A stretch of 32,000 nt of DNA from Synechocystis sp. PCC 6803 substr. PCC-P (lineage in GTDB: Bacteria > Cyanobacteriota > Cyanobacteriia > Cyanobacteriales > Microcystaceae): contig NC_017039.1 of assembly GCF_000284455.1 (NCBI RefSeq), forward strand, positions 1,410,001 to 1,442,000, in the 5' to 3' direction. Below the pieces are notes generated by a model, which made no database searches, was not told where the DNA came from, and saw only the letters and a program-made list of their open reading frames with translations. Positions 18,361-28,516 of the stretch are shown here, piece after piece (position 1 is the first letter of the stretch; the number at the start of each line of letters is the position of its first letter). Made by a program: the position numbers and the translations under genes.

Positions 18361-19100
18361 GAGTCAGATGGGGGAATCGGCAATACTGGCGGTGTAAGGG
18401 GGGGTAAAGCTGGAGCGCCGACATCACGGGTTACGGACTCGCCATACTGTTCCAGCACAATGTTTGAATTTTCCCCCATGACGTTGATGGATTGCACCCT
18501 AACATTGCCACCGGACAGGCGATCGCCAACGGTTACGTTACGGGCTACGGGTTCCCCAGGGGCTTGGACAATGGCATAGGGACGACTGCCGATTTCGATA
18601 ACACCGGAAACCACCACAGCCCTAGCATCATCGGGATAAAGTCTGGGCGGCTCCGAATTTGGAAAGATTGAGCTGCCATTTTGTTGCCCAGGCTCACCTG
18701 TGATGCCATTGACTCCTGTTTGTCCATCACTGCTGGCAACGTTGCCGCTATTTTCTCCTCCATTCGACGCCCCATCTGTTGCTTTGCTCCCATCAGCGGT
18801 AGATCCCGGGCTTGTAACCTTTGCTTCAACTGGGATCAAGGCGAAAGGATTTGGCCGACCAGCCTGGATTTCCCTCAAACGTTGATCCGGCAATACGGGG
18901 GGAATTAACCCCAGGGCGGCGATATCCACCGGGGGCAGGGGCCGAACGGCGGTCAGGGGCACTTCCGGGGGAGCTGTTTCTTGATTCTCGACGGAAACAT
19001 CGGTTTCTTCACCACTGCCACCGCCGGGGAGAAATCCACATCCACCGCTGAACATCAGCAGGGAGACAGTTAAAAGGGAGAACAGAGATCGCTTCTTCAT
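18357..19100 (-). CDS. Secreted/lipoprotein-like hypothetical protein
   Basis: 247 aa. N-terminal KKRSLFSLLTVSLLMFSGGC gives a signal peptide with a lipobox-like Cys; Pro-rich body; folded-looking VVVSGVIEIGSRPYAIVQAPG...VRVQSINVMGENSNIVLEQYG, faintly PilP-like. Confidence 0.65.
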   Translation of the reverse strand: MKKRSLFSLLTVSLLMFSGGCGFLPGGGSGEETDVSVENQETAPPEVPLTAVRPLPPVDIAALGLIPPVLPDQRLREIQAGRPNPFALIPVEAKVTSPGSTADGSKATDGASNGGENSGNVASSDGQTGVNGITGEPGQQNGSSIFPNSEPPRLYPDDARAVVVSGVIEIGSRPYAIVQAPGEPVARNVTVGDRLSGGNVRVQSINVMGENSNIVLEQYGESVTRDVGAPALPPLTPPVLPIPPSDS

Positions 19101-19446
19101 TATTGGAATCGCTGCAACACAGCCGAAAATACGAAGGGAGGCGGAGGAGTGGAAGTCTAAATTCGGGGAAATCTGGATTTAACCATTACTTTCCCCTCTA
19201 ATCTTACAGCCTCCCCCAAAAATGCCAAGGGATTAAAGTAAATTCTGCTGGCGATCGTCAAGAAATATTACAAACTGTTACGGGGGCAGTGTAATCAGGA
19301 ACGCAATGCCTGAGAATGGTTTGGGCAGGTTGCTCGCTGGAGTCCGCTGGTTAACGGCATTGTCCAGTTCGTGACTGCGCCTCGGTTGATAAAATCAGCT
19401 TAAAGCCTTTTTTTAACGTTTTAAATCTTTACGGAGGAATCCATCC

Positions 19447-19932
19447 ATGAGTATCGTCACGAAATCAATCGTGAATGCTGATGCAGAAGCCCGCTACCTG
19501 AGCCCCGGCGAACTGGATCGTATTAAAGCTTTTGTTACCGGCGGTGCCGCCCGTCTTCGCATTGCTGAAACCCTAACTGGTTCTCGGGAAACCATCGTTA
19601 AACAAGCTGGCGATCGCCTTTTCCAAAAACGTCCTGACATCGTTTCCCCCGGCGGCAATGCCTACGGTGAAGAAATGACCGCCACCTGCTTGCGCGACAT
19701 GGACTACTACCTCCGTCTCGTCACCTACGGTGTGGTTTCCGGTGACGTTACCCCCATCGAAGAAATCGGTCTAGTGGGCGTACGGGAAATGTATCGTTCC
19801 CTCGGCACCCCCATCGAAGCCGTTGCTCAAAGTGTCCGGGAAATGAAAGAAGTTGCTTCCGGTTTGATGTCCTCCGATGATGCCGCCGAAGCCTCTGCCT
19901 ACTTTGACTTCGTTATCGGAAAAATGAGCTAG
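19447..19932 (+). CDS. apcA: Allophycocyanin alpha subunit
   Basis: 161 aa [29 protein letters not shown]...[17 protein letters not shown] (chromophore Cys). GGAGGA upstream at the ribosome-binding site. Confidence 0.98.
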
Positions 19933-20027
19933 GTCTGTGTACCCAAGCTTATTAAAGTGTTGAGCTTAATTATTCAACCCTTTTAGCAAATTTTCCCCAT
20001 TGAGTAAGATTTAAGGAAACCAAAACT

Positions 20028-20513
20028 ATGCAAGACGCAATTACGGCTGTAATCAACTCTGCTGACGTTCAAGGTAAGTACCTCGACGGTGCTGCCATGG
20101 ACAAACTGAAAAGCTACTTCGCCAGCGGTGAACTGCGGGTGCGGGCTGCCAGTGTAATCAGCGCCAACGCCGCCACCATCGTTAAAGAAGCTGTGGCCAA
20201 ATCCCTGTTGTACTCCGACGTCACCCGTCCCGGCGGCAACATGTACACCACCCGTCGCTATGCGGCTTGTATCCGTGACTTGGACTACTACCTCCGCTAT
20301 GCCACCTATGCCATGTTGGCCGGTGATGCTTCCATTCTCGATGAGCGCGTACTCAACGGTTTGAAAGAAACCTACAACTCCCTCGGTGTACCCATCTCTT
20401 CCACCGTTCAAGCTATCCAAGCCATCAAAGAAGTTACCGCTAGCTTGGTTGGTGCTGATGCCGGCAAAGAAATGGGCGTTTACCTCGACTACATCTGCTC
20501 TGGCTTGAGCTAG
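20028..20513 (+). CDS. apcB: Allophycocyanin beta subunit
   Basis: 161 aa [31 protein letters not shown]...[23 protein letters not shown]. Confidence 0.98.
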   Translation: MQDAITAVINSADVQGKYLDGAAMDKLKSYFASGELRVRAASVISANAATIVKEAVAKSLLYSDVTRPGGNMYTTRRYAACIRDLDYYLRYATYAMLAGDASILDERVLNGLKETYNSLGVPISSTVQAIQAIKEVTASLVGADAGKEMGVYLDYICSGLS

Positions 20514-20725
20514 TCCTGGATTCCCGTGGGTGATGCTGCCTTGGTTGATTTGCAACTTAGCCAGTAGCCCCTCTGTTGGAACGGGAAGTCGAAAGTGAGT
20601 GCTGGGGCCGTTAAAGCCACCACCGGGATAGCCGGGGTTTTAGCTGACCGGTATTGACTTCTGACTCCCGTTCTGTCGCATATGCCAACTTTTTAAGAGA
20701 AAACGTTTTAGGAGAGCCACACCCC

Positions 20726-20929
20726 ATGCGGATGTTTAGAATTACGGCTTGTGTTCCTAGCCAAACCCGGATTCGGACACAACGGGAATTACAAAATACC
20801 TATTTTACGAAGTTGGTGCCCTATGACAATTGGTTTCGTGAGCAACAGCGCATCATGAAAATGGGCGGCAAAATTGTGAAAGTCGAATTAGCCACTGGCC
20901 GTCCCGGCACCAATGCTGGTCTAGCCTAA
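20726..20929 (+). CDS. apcC: Phycobilisome core linker, Lc7.8
   Basis: 67 aa MRMFRITACVPSQTRIRTQRELQNTYFTKLVPYDNWFREQQRIMKMGGKIVKVELATGRPGTNAGLA, an internal Met start within ORF 20654..20929, preceded by AGGAGAG. Confidence 0.97.
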   Translation: MRMFRITACVPSQTRIRTQRELQNTYFTKLVPYDNWFREQQRIMKMGGKIVKVELATGRPGTNAGLA

Positions 20930-20992
20930 GCTTGAGACTAGTTGTTGCTAATTTAGCAATGTTGAATGGCAATTTTATGAATCAATTTTTTC

Positions 20993-21017
20993 GAGGTCAG
21001 CAATGGCCTCTTTTTTT
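20993..21017 (+). terminator. Rho-independent terminator of apcABC
   Basis: GAGGTC-AGCAAT-GGCCTC stem-loop (one T·G pair) followed by T7. Confidence 0.75.
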
Positions 21018-21023
21018 GTTTGG

Positions 21024-21950
21024 TTAATCTCCCTCTTCCCTTCTGGCCTGAAAGCAACACCATTCCTGCCGTTTCCATATAGCGACCACCGTCCAACCGT
21101 TTTGCTCCAGCGCATCGGCGATCGCCTGACTTTGTTCCACCATAATACCGCTGAGAATAGCCCAGCCATGGGGTTTGACTAGAGGGGTGAATTGGGGCAG
21201 TAAATCCACAATTACCTCCGCCAAAATATTGCAAATAATGCCGTCCACCGGCTCAGCAATTAACTGTTCCAATTCCGGCACACTGCCCTCATTGATGACC
21301 AAATTATCGGGGTGAATTTGGTTCAGATGACGATTATGACGGGCTGATTCCACCGTTAGGGGATCATTATCCACTCCATAAACCTTGGCTGCCCCTAATA
21401 AAACCGCTCCAATGCCTAAAATACCGGAACCACAACCTAGATCCGCCAGAACTTGATGTTTGTCTGGCTCCACCCGCATTTCCAAGGATTCTAAACAAAG
21501 CTGGGTGGTGGCATGGGTGCCGGTGCCAAAGGCCACACCAGGATCTAGGCGGAGAATCAGCCGATCCGAATTTTCCGGAGGATCAATCCAGGCCGGATAG
21601 ATGATAAACCGATCGCCAACGGGGGTGGGTTGCCAATGCTCTTTCCAGCTAATGGACCAATCTTCTTCGTCAATTAATTGCCAATGGAAGCGGGGCTTGG
21701 GCACCTGGAACAGTAATGCGTCCTGCTCACACCAGAGGGCTAGGGCGGCCAAGTCGAGAATTTCAGCCTTTTCCTGGGGTAAATAGCCACGGACAAGCAG
21801 GGAGTGGGCCTTTTTTTCGGTGGAGGTGCCTAAACAACCGAACTTTTCCAGCCGCCAAAAAGCAGTTTCTTCCAGGGAAGGATGGCAAAGTATTCTAATT
21901 TCCCACCAACTATTAGCCGCAGCCATCGATTTCTCCCTTATGTGCGCCAA
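21024..21950 (-). CDS. prmA: Ribosomal protein L11 methyltransferase
   Basis: 308 aa. [71 protein letters not shown]. Confidence 0.95.
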   Translation of the reverse strand: MAHIREKSMAAANSWWEIRILCHPSLEETAFWRLEKFGCLGTSTEKKAHSLLVRGYLPQEKAEILDLAALALWCEQDALLFQVPKPRFHWQLIDEEDWSISWKEHWQPTPVGDRFIIYPAWIDPPENSDRLILRLDPGVAFGTGTHATTQLCLESLEMRVEPDKHQVLADLGCGSGILGIGAVLLGAAKVYGVDNDPLTVESARHNRHLNQIHPDNLVINEGSVPELEQLIAEPVDGIICNILAEVIVDLLPQFTPLVKPHGWAILSGIMVEQSQAIADALEQNGWTVVAIWKRQEWCCFQARREEGD

Positions 21951-22003
21951 CGGTAGGGAAGATTAATTCCTCCCCCCATTGACTTGGACCCTTGGTGAGC
22001 TAA

Positions 22004-23584
22004 TTAGAGCTTAACGGTGTAGGCATCCCGGATACCGGCCACCTTGGTGATTTCCGACAGCAGACCATCGGGCAGAGGATCATCCAAGCTCAGGGCCATA
22101 ATTGCATCGCCCCGGACAATTTTGCGCCCCACCTGCATGCTGGCGATGTTGACGTTAAAGCTACCCAGCAGGGAACCAATTTTACCAATGATACCCGGCA
22201 TATCCCGGTGCAAGGTGAACAACATATAGTTGTTGGGGGGAACGTTAATGGGAAACTCATCCACGTCGGTAATGCGAATTTCACCATTACTCAACAGGGC
22301 CCCGGTGGCGGAATGTTCTCCCATGGTGCCGGTGGCTTTGAGGTGCAAAGAGCCAGAATAGTCCCGCACGGAAGCATCTTTAGTTTCAATGACCCGGATG
22401 CCCCGTTCCTTGGCTTCGATCGCCGCATTGACGTAATTAACCCGTTCCCGCAGAGCTTGGGAGAGCAAACCTTTAATGGCCGCCACCACCAGGGGTTGAC
22501 TATTGGTATATTCCGCCAAATCTCCCTGTAAGCAAACCGTTAGGCGATCGATGCGGCCGCCGGCCAATTGACCCACTAAAGTACCGAGGGTTTCCGCCAG
22601 CTTCAGGTAGGGACGCAATTTTTCCATTACATCGGGGGTTAAACCGGGAATATTCACCGCTGAACGGGCCGGCAAACCAAGCAACACATCCCGAATTTGT
22701 TCCGCCACATCCACCGCCACATTTACCTGGGCTTCTTCAGTGGAAGCACCCAAATGGGGGGTTAAAATCACATTGCTAAATTCCCGCAGCCGAGATTCCC
22801 CTAGGGGTTCCTGGGCAAACACATCCAGGGCAGCCCCACCAATCTGGGCCGTTTCAATGGCTGTTACCAAAGCTTCTTCATCAATAATGCCTCCCCGGGA
22901 ACAGTTGATAATCCGGGCAGTGGGCTTCATTTTAGCCAGGGTTTCAGCATTGATTAGGTTGGCGGTTTCCGGTGTTTTGGGAATGTGTAGAGTGATAAAG
23001 TCGGCTTCACTGAAGAGCAGATCTAAGTCCACCAAAGTGCAACCAATTTGGTCGGCCCGTTCCTGGGAAATAAACGGATCGTAAGCTAACAATTTCATCC
23101 CCATGGCTTTGGCCACACCGGCCACGTGGGAACCAATTTTCCCCAGCCCCACTACACCTAAAGTTTTCTTATAAACTTCCGTACCAATAAATTGTTTCCG
23201 TTCCCACTTACTTTCCTTAACGGATTTGTTGGCATCGGGGATGTGGCGGGCCAGGGCCATCATCATCGCTAGAGCATGTTCCGCCGCCGCAATGGTGTTA
23301 CCCTCGGGGGAATTGACCACCACAATGCCCTGACGGGTGGCCGCCGGCACATCAATGTTATCCACCCCAACCCCAGCCCGACCAATGATTTTTAACTGGC
23401 TACCCGCTTGGATAATTTTCTCCGTCACCTTGGTGGCAGAGCGCAACATAATGGCATCGTACTCAGGAACAATGTCTATAATTTCTGCTTCCGATAGCCC
23501 AGTTTTGACGTCAACTTGGGCCACTTGTTTGAGAATATCAATGCCGACTTGGTCAATGGAGTCAGAAACTAAAACTTTAGCCAT
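22004..23584 (-). CDS. serA: D-3-phosphoglycerate dehydrogenase
   Basis: Starts MAKVLVSDSIDQVGIDILKQ. Contains TLGVVGLGKIGSHVAGVAKAMGMKLLAYDPFI, NCSRGGIIDEEAL, ILTPHLGASTEEAQVNVAVDVAEQI and a C-terminal ACT domain. The 28-aa upstream extension in the ORF track is probably spurious. Confidence 0.96.
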   Translation of the reverse strand: MAKVLVSDSIDQVGIDILKQVAQVDVKTGLSEAEIIDIVPEYDAIMLRSATKVTEKIIQAGSQLKIIGRAGVGVDNIDVPAATRQGIVVVNSPEGNTIAAAEHALAMMMALARHIPDANKSVKESKWERKQFIGTEVYKKTLGVVGLGKIGSHVAGVAKAMGMKLLAYDPFISQERADQIGCTLVDLDLLFSEADFITLHIPKTPETANLINAETLAKMKPTARIINCSRGGIIDEEALVTAIETAQIGGAALDVFAQEPLGESRLREFSNVILTPHLGASTEEAQVNVAVDVAEQIRDVLLGLPARSAVNIPGLTPDVMEKLRPYLKLAETLGTLVGQLAGGRIDRLTVCLQGDLAEYTNSQPLVVAAIKGLLSQALRERVNYVNAAIEAKERGIRVIETKDASVRDYSGSLHLKATGTMGEHSATGALLSNGEIRITDVDEFPINVPPNNYMLFTLHRDMPGIIGKIGSLLGSFNVNIASMQVGRKIVRGDAIMALSLDDPLPDGLLSEITKVAGIRDAYTVKL

Positions 23585-23928
23585 GGTGAATGATCGAAAA
23601 ATTAATAGCGCTGGGGCCGGCGGGGACAAAAGGCCAAGAGACAGTCCCTGGAGCCAGGCTAGATTCACTAGATGGAGTTAGTATCCTGGGCCGATCTCCG
23701 TAGCCCATTCTAGCGGCTTGGGGGATAACCGTTAGCAATATTTCTGATTCCCTGGGACTGGGGGGGCCAAACCATAGGGAGTTTTCCCTAGAAAGCCTAG
23801 AAGTTTTTGGATATAATAAGCAAGATTAATTTAAAGTAACAAAACTTAAAATTGCCCTGGTTACTGTTCCCCCAGAGCAAAATCTTTTTTTTTAAACCCC
23901 CTTTAGCCAACTTTACTCAGCCCCCGTA

Positions 23929-24651
23929 GTGATTCCCCTTTTAACCACCGCCTTAGCCCAGCCAGGGCTGAATTTTTTGCGCCGCTTACACCGTTGGCGT
24001 TCTGGCTTATCCATTAACCCCGCGACCACTGGCATGCAATTAGCAGCTGGCTTCCTTGTGTCGGTGCCGGTGTTTATCCAAGCTCCCCTGGTACGACAGT
24101 TTCCCTGGATTTCGCTCGCTTTAACTTTGCCCTGGGTGGCGATCGCCGTTTGGTTAATGAAGCGACCGGAACAGGCCATGTGGGGGGATTTGTTGTTGGG
24201 CTTTAGCTGGAGTTGGTTGGCGGGAGCGATTTATTGGGGCTGGTTTCGTTGGGAGCCCCTCTGGCATTTACCCATCGAGGCGATCGGTTTACCCTTTGCC
24301 CTCTGGGGATTGAAACGGGGCTGGGGAGTGATCGGCCATTTATTCTATCTAGGCTCCCTGATGGGGACAGCGGTCACGGACCTTTACTTTTACCTCACCG
24401 GATTGATGGACCATTGGCGGCAGGTGATGGTGGTGGACCCGGAATTTGCCCGGTTTGTGTTTCAGGCGGCCCTGGCTAAAATCCACACTCCCTGGGGTGC
24501 TGCCTGGGCTTGGCTACTACTGGCCCTATTGTTGGGGCTGGGGGGTTGGGCATTGCAACGGCCTTCCCCCGGTTGGCAAGCCTTTGGGGGGGCAGTGTTG
24601 AGTACGATTGTCGTAGATGCCCTTTTCTGGCTTGGGGCTATGATGGCCTAA
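23929..24651 (+). CDS. Integral membrane protein, DUF3120-like
   Basis: 240 aa with several hydrophobic helices. Family assignment is from recall of the pattern (GDLLLGFSWSWLAGAIYWGWFRWEPLWHLPIEAIGLP). Confidence 0.75.
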   Translation: MIPLLTTALAQPGLNFLRRLHRWRSGLSINPATTGMQLAAGFLVSVPVFIQAPLVRQFPWISLALTLPWVAIAVWLMKRPEQAMWGDLLLGFSWSWLAGAIYWGWFRWEPLWHLPIEAIGLPFALWGLKRGWGVIGHLFYLGSLMGTAVTDLYFYLTGLMDHWRQVMVVDPEFARFVFQAALAKIHTPWGAAWAWLLLALLLGLGGWALQRPSPGWQAFGGAVLSTIVVDALFWLGAMMA

Positions 24652-24672
24652 GTCAACTCTTGTCATTATTCT

Positions 24673-25686
24673 GTGGATAAGCCTGCCCTACCCATTTACC
24701 TAGTAGTACATTTTTCTTATGGAGATGTAACCTTTCCTCTCCAGGGGCGGAGCTATTGGACTGTGGGCCGGAGTCAGGACAATGATTTGGTCATCCGAGA
24801 CAATTGTATTTCCCGCAACCATGCCATTCTACAGGCGACGGAAGAGGATACCTTTTTGCTAATTGATTTGGGTAGTCGCAATGGCACCTTTGTTAATGGT
24901 CGACGGGTGAGTGTGCCGATCGCCATTCAAGACCAAGACAAAATTACCTTTGGCAAAACGGAAGCGCAATTCTACTCCGATCAAAACGGCACCCCGTCGG
25001 GGCTACTGCGAAATCCGGCGGAATGGGATACCCAGACCAATGTGCTCCATGAACGGCGGTTAATTACGGTGTTGGTGGCGGATATGCGTAACTTCACCGG
25101 CATGGCCCAACAGGTGGAAGAGGAGTTGCTATCTATGCTGATTGGCAATTGGTTTCGCCAGGCTGGGCATATTCTGCGGGAAGCGGGCAGTTGGGTGGAT
25201 AAGTACATCGGTGATGCGGTGATGGCCATCTGGTTCCACGGTTACAACGAAGCTACTCCCGCGGAAATTATTCAAATTCTCCATGCTGTCAACCGACTCC
25301 AAGCTATGACTGCCAAGTTGAATCAGAAATATGAGCTACCCTTTCCCCTCCGCATTGGTACAGGGATAAACACTGGTTACGCCATGGTGGGCAATACCGG
25401 CAGTGGGGACCATCCTGACTACACGGCGATCGGGGACACGGTCAATGCGGCTTTTCGGCTGGAATCGGCCACTAAACAGGCCCATTTCGACTTAGCCATG
25501 AGCGAAAAAACCTTCAGTTACTTACAGGACTTGCCCCAATGGTCCGCAACTGTTCAGCAGCACACCATTGAGTTGAAAGGCTACACTAACCCGATCACCA
25601 TTTACGGACTGCCCTTTGCTACCTTGGGAACCCTGTTGGATCACACCTCCTTGGAAGATACTACCCCCGCCTCGGAAGGGCCCTAA
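24673..25686 (+). CDS. cya1: FHA-domain class III adenylate cyclase
   Basis: 337 aa, GTG start. FHA motifs WTVGRSQDNDLVIRDNCISRNHA and LIDLGSRNGTFVNGRRV, then cyclase motifs ITVLVADMRNFT, KYIGDAVMAIW and PLRIGTGINTGYAMVGNTGS...YTAIGDTVNAAFRLE. Confidence 0.93.
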   Translation: MDKPALPIYLVVHFSYGDVTFPLQGRSYWTVGRSQDNDLVIRDNCISRNHAILQATEEDTFLLIDLGSRNGTFVNGRRVSVPIAIQDQDKITFGKTEAQFYSDQNGTPSGLLRNPAEWDTQTNVLHERRLITVLVADMRNFTGMAQQVEEELLSMLIGNWFRQAGHILREAGSWVDKYIGDAVMAIWFHGYNEATPAEIIQILHAVNRLQAMTAKLNQKYELPFPLRIGTGINTGYAMVGNTGSGDHPDYTAIGDTVNAAFRLESATKQAHFDLAMSEKTFSYLQDLPQWSATVQQHTIELKGYTNPITIYGLPFATLGTLLDHTSLEDTTPASEGP

Positions 25687-25726
25687 TCGTCCATAATGGA
25701 AACCGTTGTAACATTTCTTAACACCT

Positions 25727-26191
25727 ATGCCATTACCCACTTCCCTGACCACCCTGGATGGAACGCCCCTGGCCCCGGAGGTCATTGCCGATAAAGTTGT
25801 CCTTTTTGTTAACGTTGCCAGTAAGTGCGGCTTAACCCCCCAATACAGCGGCCTAGTGGCTTTGGACAAGGCCTATGGAGAAAAGGGCTTAGTAATTATC
25901 GGTGTGCCCTGCAACCAATTTGGGGCCCAGGAACCAGGCTCCCCAGAGGAAATCAAAGATTTCACCAAAACCAAGTACGACGTTGATTTCACCTTGTTGG
26001 AAAAGCAGGACGTCAATGGTCCCAACCGCAGTCCCCTCTACCAATTCCTTGTGGGGGATGGGGAAGATATTAGCTGGAACTTTGGCAAATTTTTAATTGG
26101 TCGGGATGGACAGGTGGTGGCTCGCTTTGACCCCCAAACTAAACCCGATGACACTAATCTCAAAGCGGCGATCGAAAAAGCCTTGGGCTAA
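25727..26191 (+). CDS. Glutathione peroxidase-like protein
   Basis: 154 aa. LFVNVASKCGLTPQYSGL, GVPCNQFGAQEPGS, WNFGKFLIGRDGQVVARFDP (catalytic Cys in place of Sec). Confidence 0.94.
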   Translation: MPLPTSLTTLDGTPLAPEVIADKVVLFVNVASKCGLTPQYSGLVALDKAYGEKGLVIIGVPCNQFGAQEPGSPEEIKDFTKTKYDVDFTLLEKQDVNGPNRSPLYQFLVGDGEDISWNFGKFLIGRDGQVVARFDPQTKPDDTNLKAAIEKALG

Positions 26192-26400
26192 GTTATTGAG
26201 CGTAAATAGCACAAACATTGTCTGCTATTGAGCTTGTTGCAATCTTCACCCCGGCCCTGGGCACGGGGTATTTTATTGGTAAAAATCCGATCCTCATAGG
26301 CGATCGCCGGGGGGGATTTGTTTATTTGTTGTCAAAGCTTGAAATTTCCAATGCCCCGCTTGCCAAATTAATCCCCATAATTGAGCTGGAGGCGGAGTTA

Positions 26401-27630
26401 ATGGCCGCCCATCCCAGCCCATGGCATTGGAAAACAATTATGCGTGATGTTTTTATTGTTGCCGCTAAACGAACTCCCCTGGGACGTTTTGGTGGCTCCC
26501 TGACCAATTTTTCGGCGGCGGATTTGGGAGCCCATGTGATGAAAAGCGTCCTAGCCCAGGCCGGGGTGGGGGGAGACCAGCTTGACCTGTACATTATGGG
26601 CAACGTGTTAAGGGCTGGCCATGGGCAATTGATTCCCCGGCAAGCGGCCTTGAAGGCGGAGATTCCCGATACGGTGGACGGTTATGCAGTGGATATGGTC
26701 TGCTCTTCCGCCATGATGAGTGTGATTAATGCAGCTTTAACCATCCGGGCTGGGGAGGGGGATTTAATTTTAGCTGGAGGGACGGAATCCATGTCCCAAA
26801 CTGGTTTTTACCTTTCCCACCGGGCCCGCTGGGGCTACAAGTTCCTCATGGGAGCACCGGAAAATTTAACCGATCTCCTGCTCCATGATGGTTTGACGGA
26901 CAGCACCAATGGGGAGGGCATGGGGGAACAGACGGAAAAATTGGCCGCAGAGCATGGTTTCAGCCGGATAGAATTGGACGAAGTGGCCTGCTTATCGCAA
27001 CAAAGGGCGGCCCACGCCACGGAATCTGGTTATTTTGACTCAGAAATTGCCCCGATTGAAATCACCAGTCGGAAAGGAACCCAGGTGTTAGCCAGTGATG
27101 AAGGTATTCGCAGTGACACCACCGTGGAAAGTCTAGGCAAATTGCGCTCGGCCTTTGCCAAGGACGGAGTGTTAACAGCGGGCAACTGTAGTCAGATTAC
27201 CGATGGGGCGGCAGCTTTGCTCCTGGCCAGTGGGGAAGCGGTGGAAAAATATCAACTCAAACCCTTGGCAAAAATTTTGGGAGGCAGTTGGGCGGCGGGT
27301 ACTCCCAGTCGTTTTCCTGAGTTGCCTATTACCGCTAGCCAGAAACTGTTAGCAAAGCTAGATAAAACCCTGGCAGATTTTGACTTGTTTGAAAATAATG
27401 AAGCCTTCTCCGTCAGCAATCTTTTATTTGAGCGGCGGTTGGGGGTGGATCGGGACAAGTTGAATGTGAACGGTGGGGCGATCGCCCTGGGGCATCCCAT
27501 TGGAGCGTCGGGGGCCAGGATCATGGTTACCCTACTCTATGCCTTGCAACAACGGGATAAAACTCTGGGGTTAGCAGCCCTTTGCCATGGCACGGGGGGC
27601 GGTACGGCGATCGCCTTAGAGCGGGTGTGA
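26401..27630 (+). CDS. phaA: Acetyl-CoA acetyltransferase (beta-ketothiolase, PHB synthesis)
   Basis: MRDVFIVAAKRTPLGRFGG, DMVCSSAMMSVINAAL, GGTESMSQTGFYL, NVNGGAIALGHPIGASGARI, ALCHGTGGGTAIALE. The start is ambiguous between 26401 and 26440; the ORF opens at 26218. Confidence 0.95.
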   Translation: MAAHPSPWHWKTIMRDVFIVAAKRTPLGRFGGSLTNFSAADLGAHVMKSVLAQAGVGGDQLDLYIMGNVLRAGHGQLIPRQAALKAEIPDTVDGYAVDMVCSSAMMSVINAALTIRAGEGDLILAGGTESMSQTGFYLSHRARWGYKFLMGAPENLTDLLLHDGLTDSTNGEGMGEQTEKLAAEHGFSRIELDEVACLSQQRAAHATESGYFDSEIAPIEITSRKGTQVLASDEGIRSDTTVESLGKLRSAFAKDGVLTAGNCSQITDGAAALLLASGEAVEKYQLKPLAKILGGSWAAGTPSRFPELPITASQKLLAKLDKTLADFDLFENNEAFSVSNLLFERRLGVDRDKLNVNGGAIALGHPIGASGARIMVTLLYALQQRDKTLGLAALCHGTGGGTAIALERV

Positions 27631-27731
27631 ACAGTGGCAAGATCTCCACAATTAGTCCCTTTAGTTCACAAATTTCTCAACATTTCGATTTCAACATTTT
27701 CAACATTTAACCTATTTACCCAGGAGTCACC

Positions 27732-28454
27732 ATGTTAAGTCTTGGTTTGGAAGATAAAGTAATCGTGGTCACCGGCGGCAATCGGGGCATCGGCGCGGCG
27801 ATCGTGAAATTACTCCAGGAAATGGGGGCCAAAGTAGCTTTTACCGATTTAGCTACGGACGGGGGTAATACTGAAGCCCTGGGGGTGGTGGCCAACGTCA
27901 CCGATTTGGAATCCATGACGGCGGCGGCAGCGGAAATCACCGATAAGCTGGGCCCCGTTTACGGTGTGGTGGCCAATGCCGGTATCACCAAAGACAACTT
28001 TTTCCCAAAATTAACCCCCGCCGATTGGGATGCAGTGTTGAACGTTAACTTGAAAGGGGTAGCCTACAGCATTAAGCCTTTCATCGAAGGCATGTATGAA
28101 CGGAAAGCCGGCTCCATTGTGGCCATTAGTTCCATCTCCGGGGAGCGGGGTAACGTCGGTCAAACTAACTATTCCGCCACTAAAGCTGGGGTAATTGGCA
28201 TGATGAAATCCCTGGCTCGGGAAGGGGCCCGGTATGGAGTGCGGGCCAATGCAGTAGCCCCTGGTTTCATTGACACCGAAATGACTTTGGCGATCCGGGA
28301 AGATATTCGGGAAAAAATTACCAAGGAAATCCCCTTCCGCCGTTTTGGTAAACCGGAGGAAATTGCCTGGGCGGTGGCCTTTTTACTTTCCCCCGTAGCC
28401 AGTAGCTATGTCACCGGCGAAGTATTACGGGTAAATGGGGCCCACCACACCTAA
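27732..28454 (+). CDS. phaB: Acetoacetyl-CoA reductase (SDR family)
   Basis: 240 aa. VTGGNRGIGAAIVKLLQEMG, VVANAGITKDNFFPKLTPADWDAVLNVNLKG, ISSISGERGNVGQTNYSATKAGVIGMMKSLA. Confidence 0.95.
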   Translation: MLSLGLEDKVIVVTGGNRGIGAAIVKLLQEMGAKVAFTDLATDGGNTEALGVVANVTDLESMTAAAAEITDKLGPVYGVVANAGITKDNFFPKLTPADWDAVLNVNLKGVAYSIKPFIEGMYERKAGSIVAISSISGERGNVGQTNYSATKAGVIGMMKSLAREGARYGVRANAVAPGFIDTEMTLAIREDIREKITKEIPFRRFGKPEEIAWAVAFLLSPVASSYVTGEVLRVNGAHHT

Positions 28455-28489
28455 CTTTTGCGGTACTGTGCAAGAATCCTAATTTTCTC

Positions 28490-28516
28490 CTCCCTAATTC
28501 TGGGGAGATTTTTTTT
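28490..28516 (+). terminator. Rho-independent terminator after phaB
   Basis: CTCCC-TAATTCTG-GGGAG followed by a T-rich run (ATTTTTTTT). Its T-run abuts the 3' end of the convergent MFS gene. Confidence 0.7.

Noticed and set aside
19101-19446. Specific -35/-10 promoter assignment for apcABC
   Set aside because: The region surely contains the promoter(s), but I could not choose a -35/-10 pair with confidence without transcription start data.
22004-23668. 554-aa serA ORF including the N-terminal MNLAWLQGLSLGLLSPPAPALLIFRSFT
   Set aside because: The first 28 residues look like non-coding sequence read through. Homology begins at MAKVLVSDSIDQ, so I placed the start at 23584.
25727-25869. Minus-strand ORF 25522..25869 overlapping the 3' end of cya1 and the start of the peroxidase gene
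   Set aside because: It overlaps two confidently identified plus-strand genes. No homology signal.
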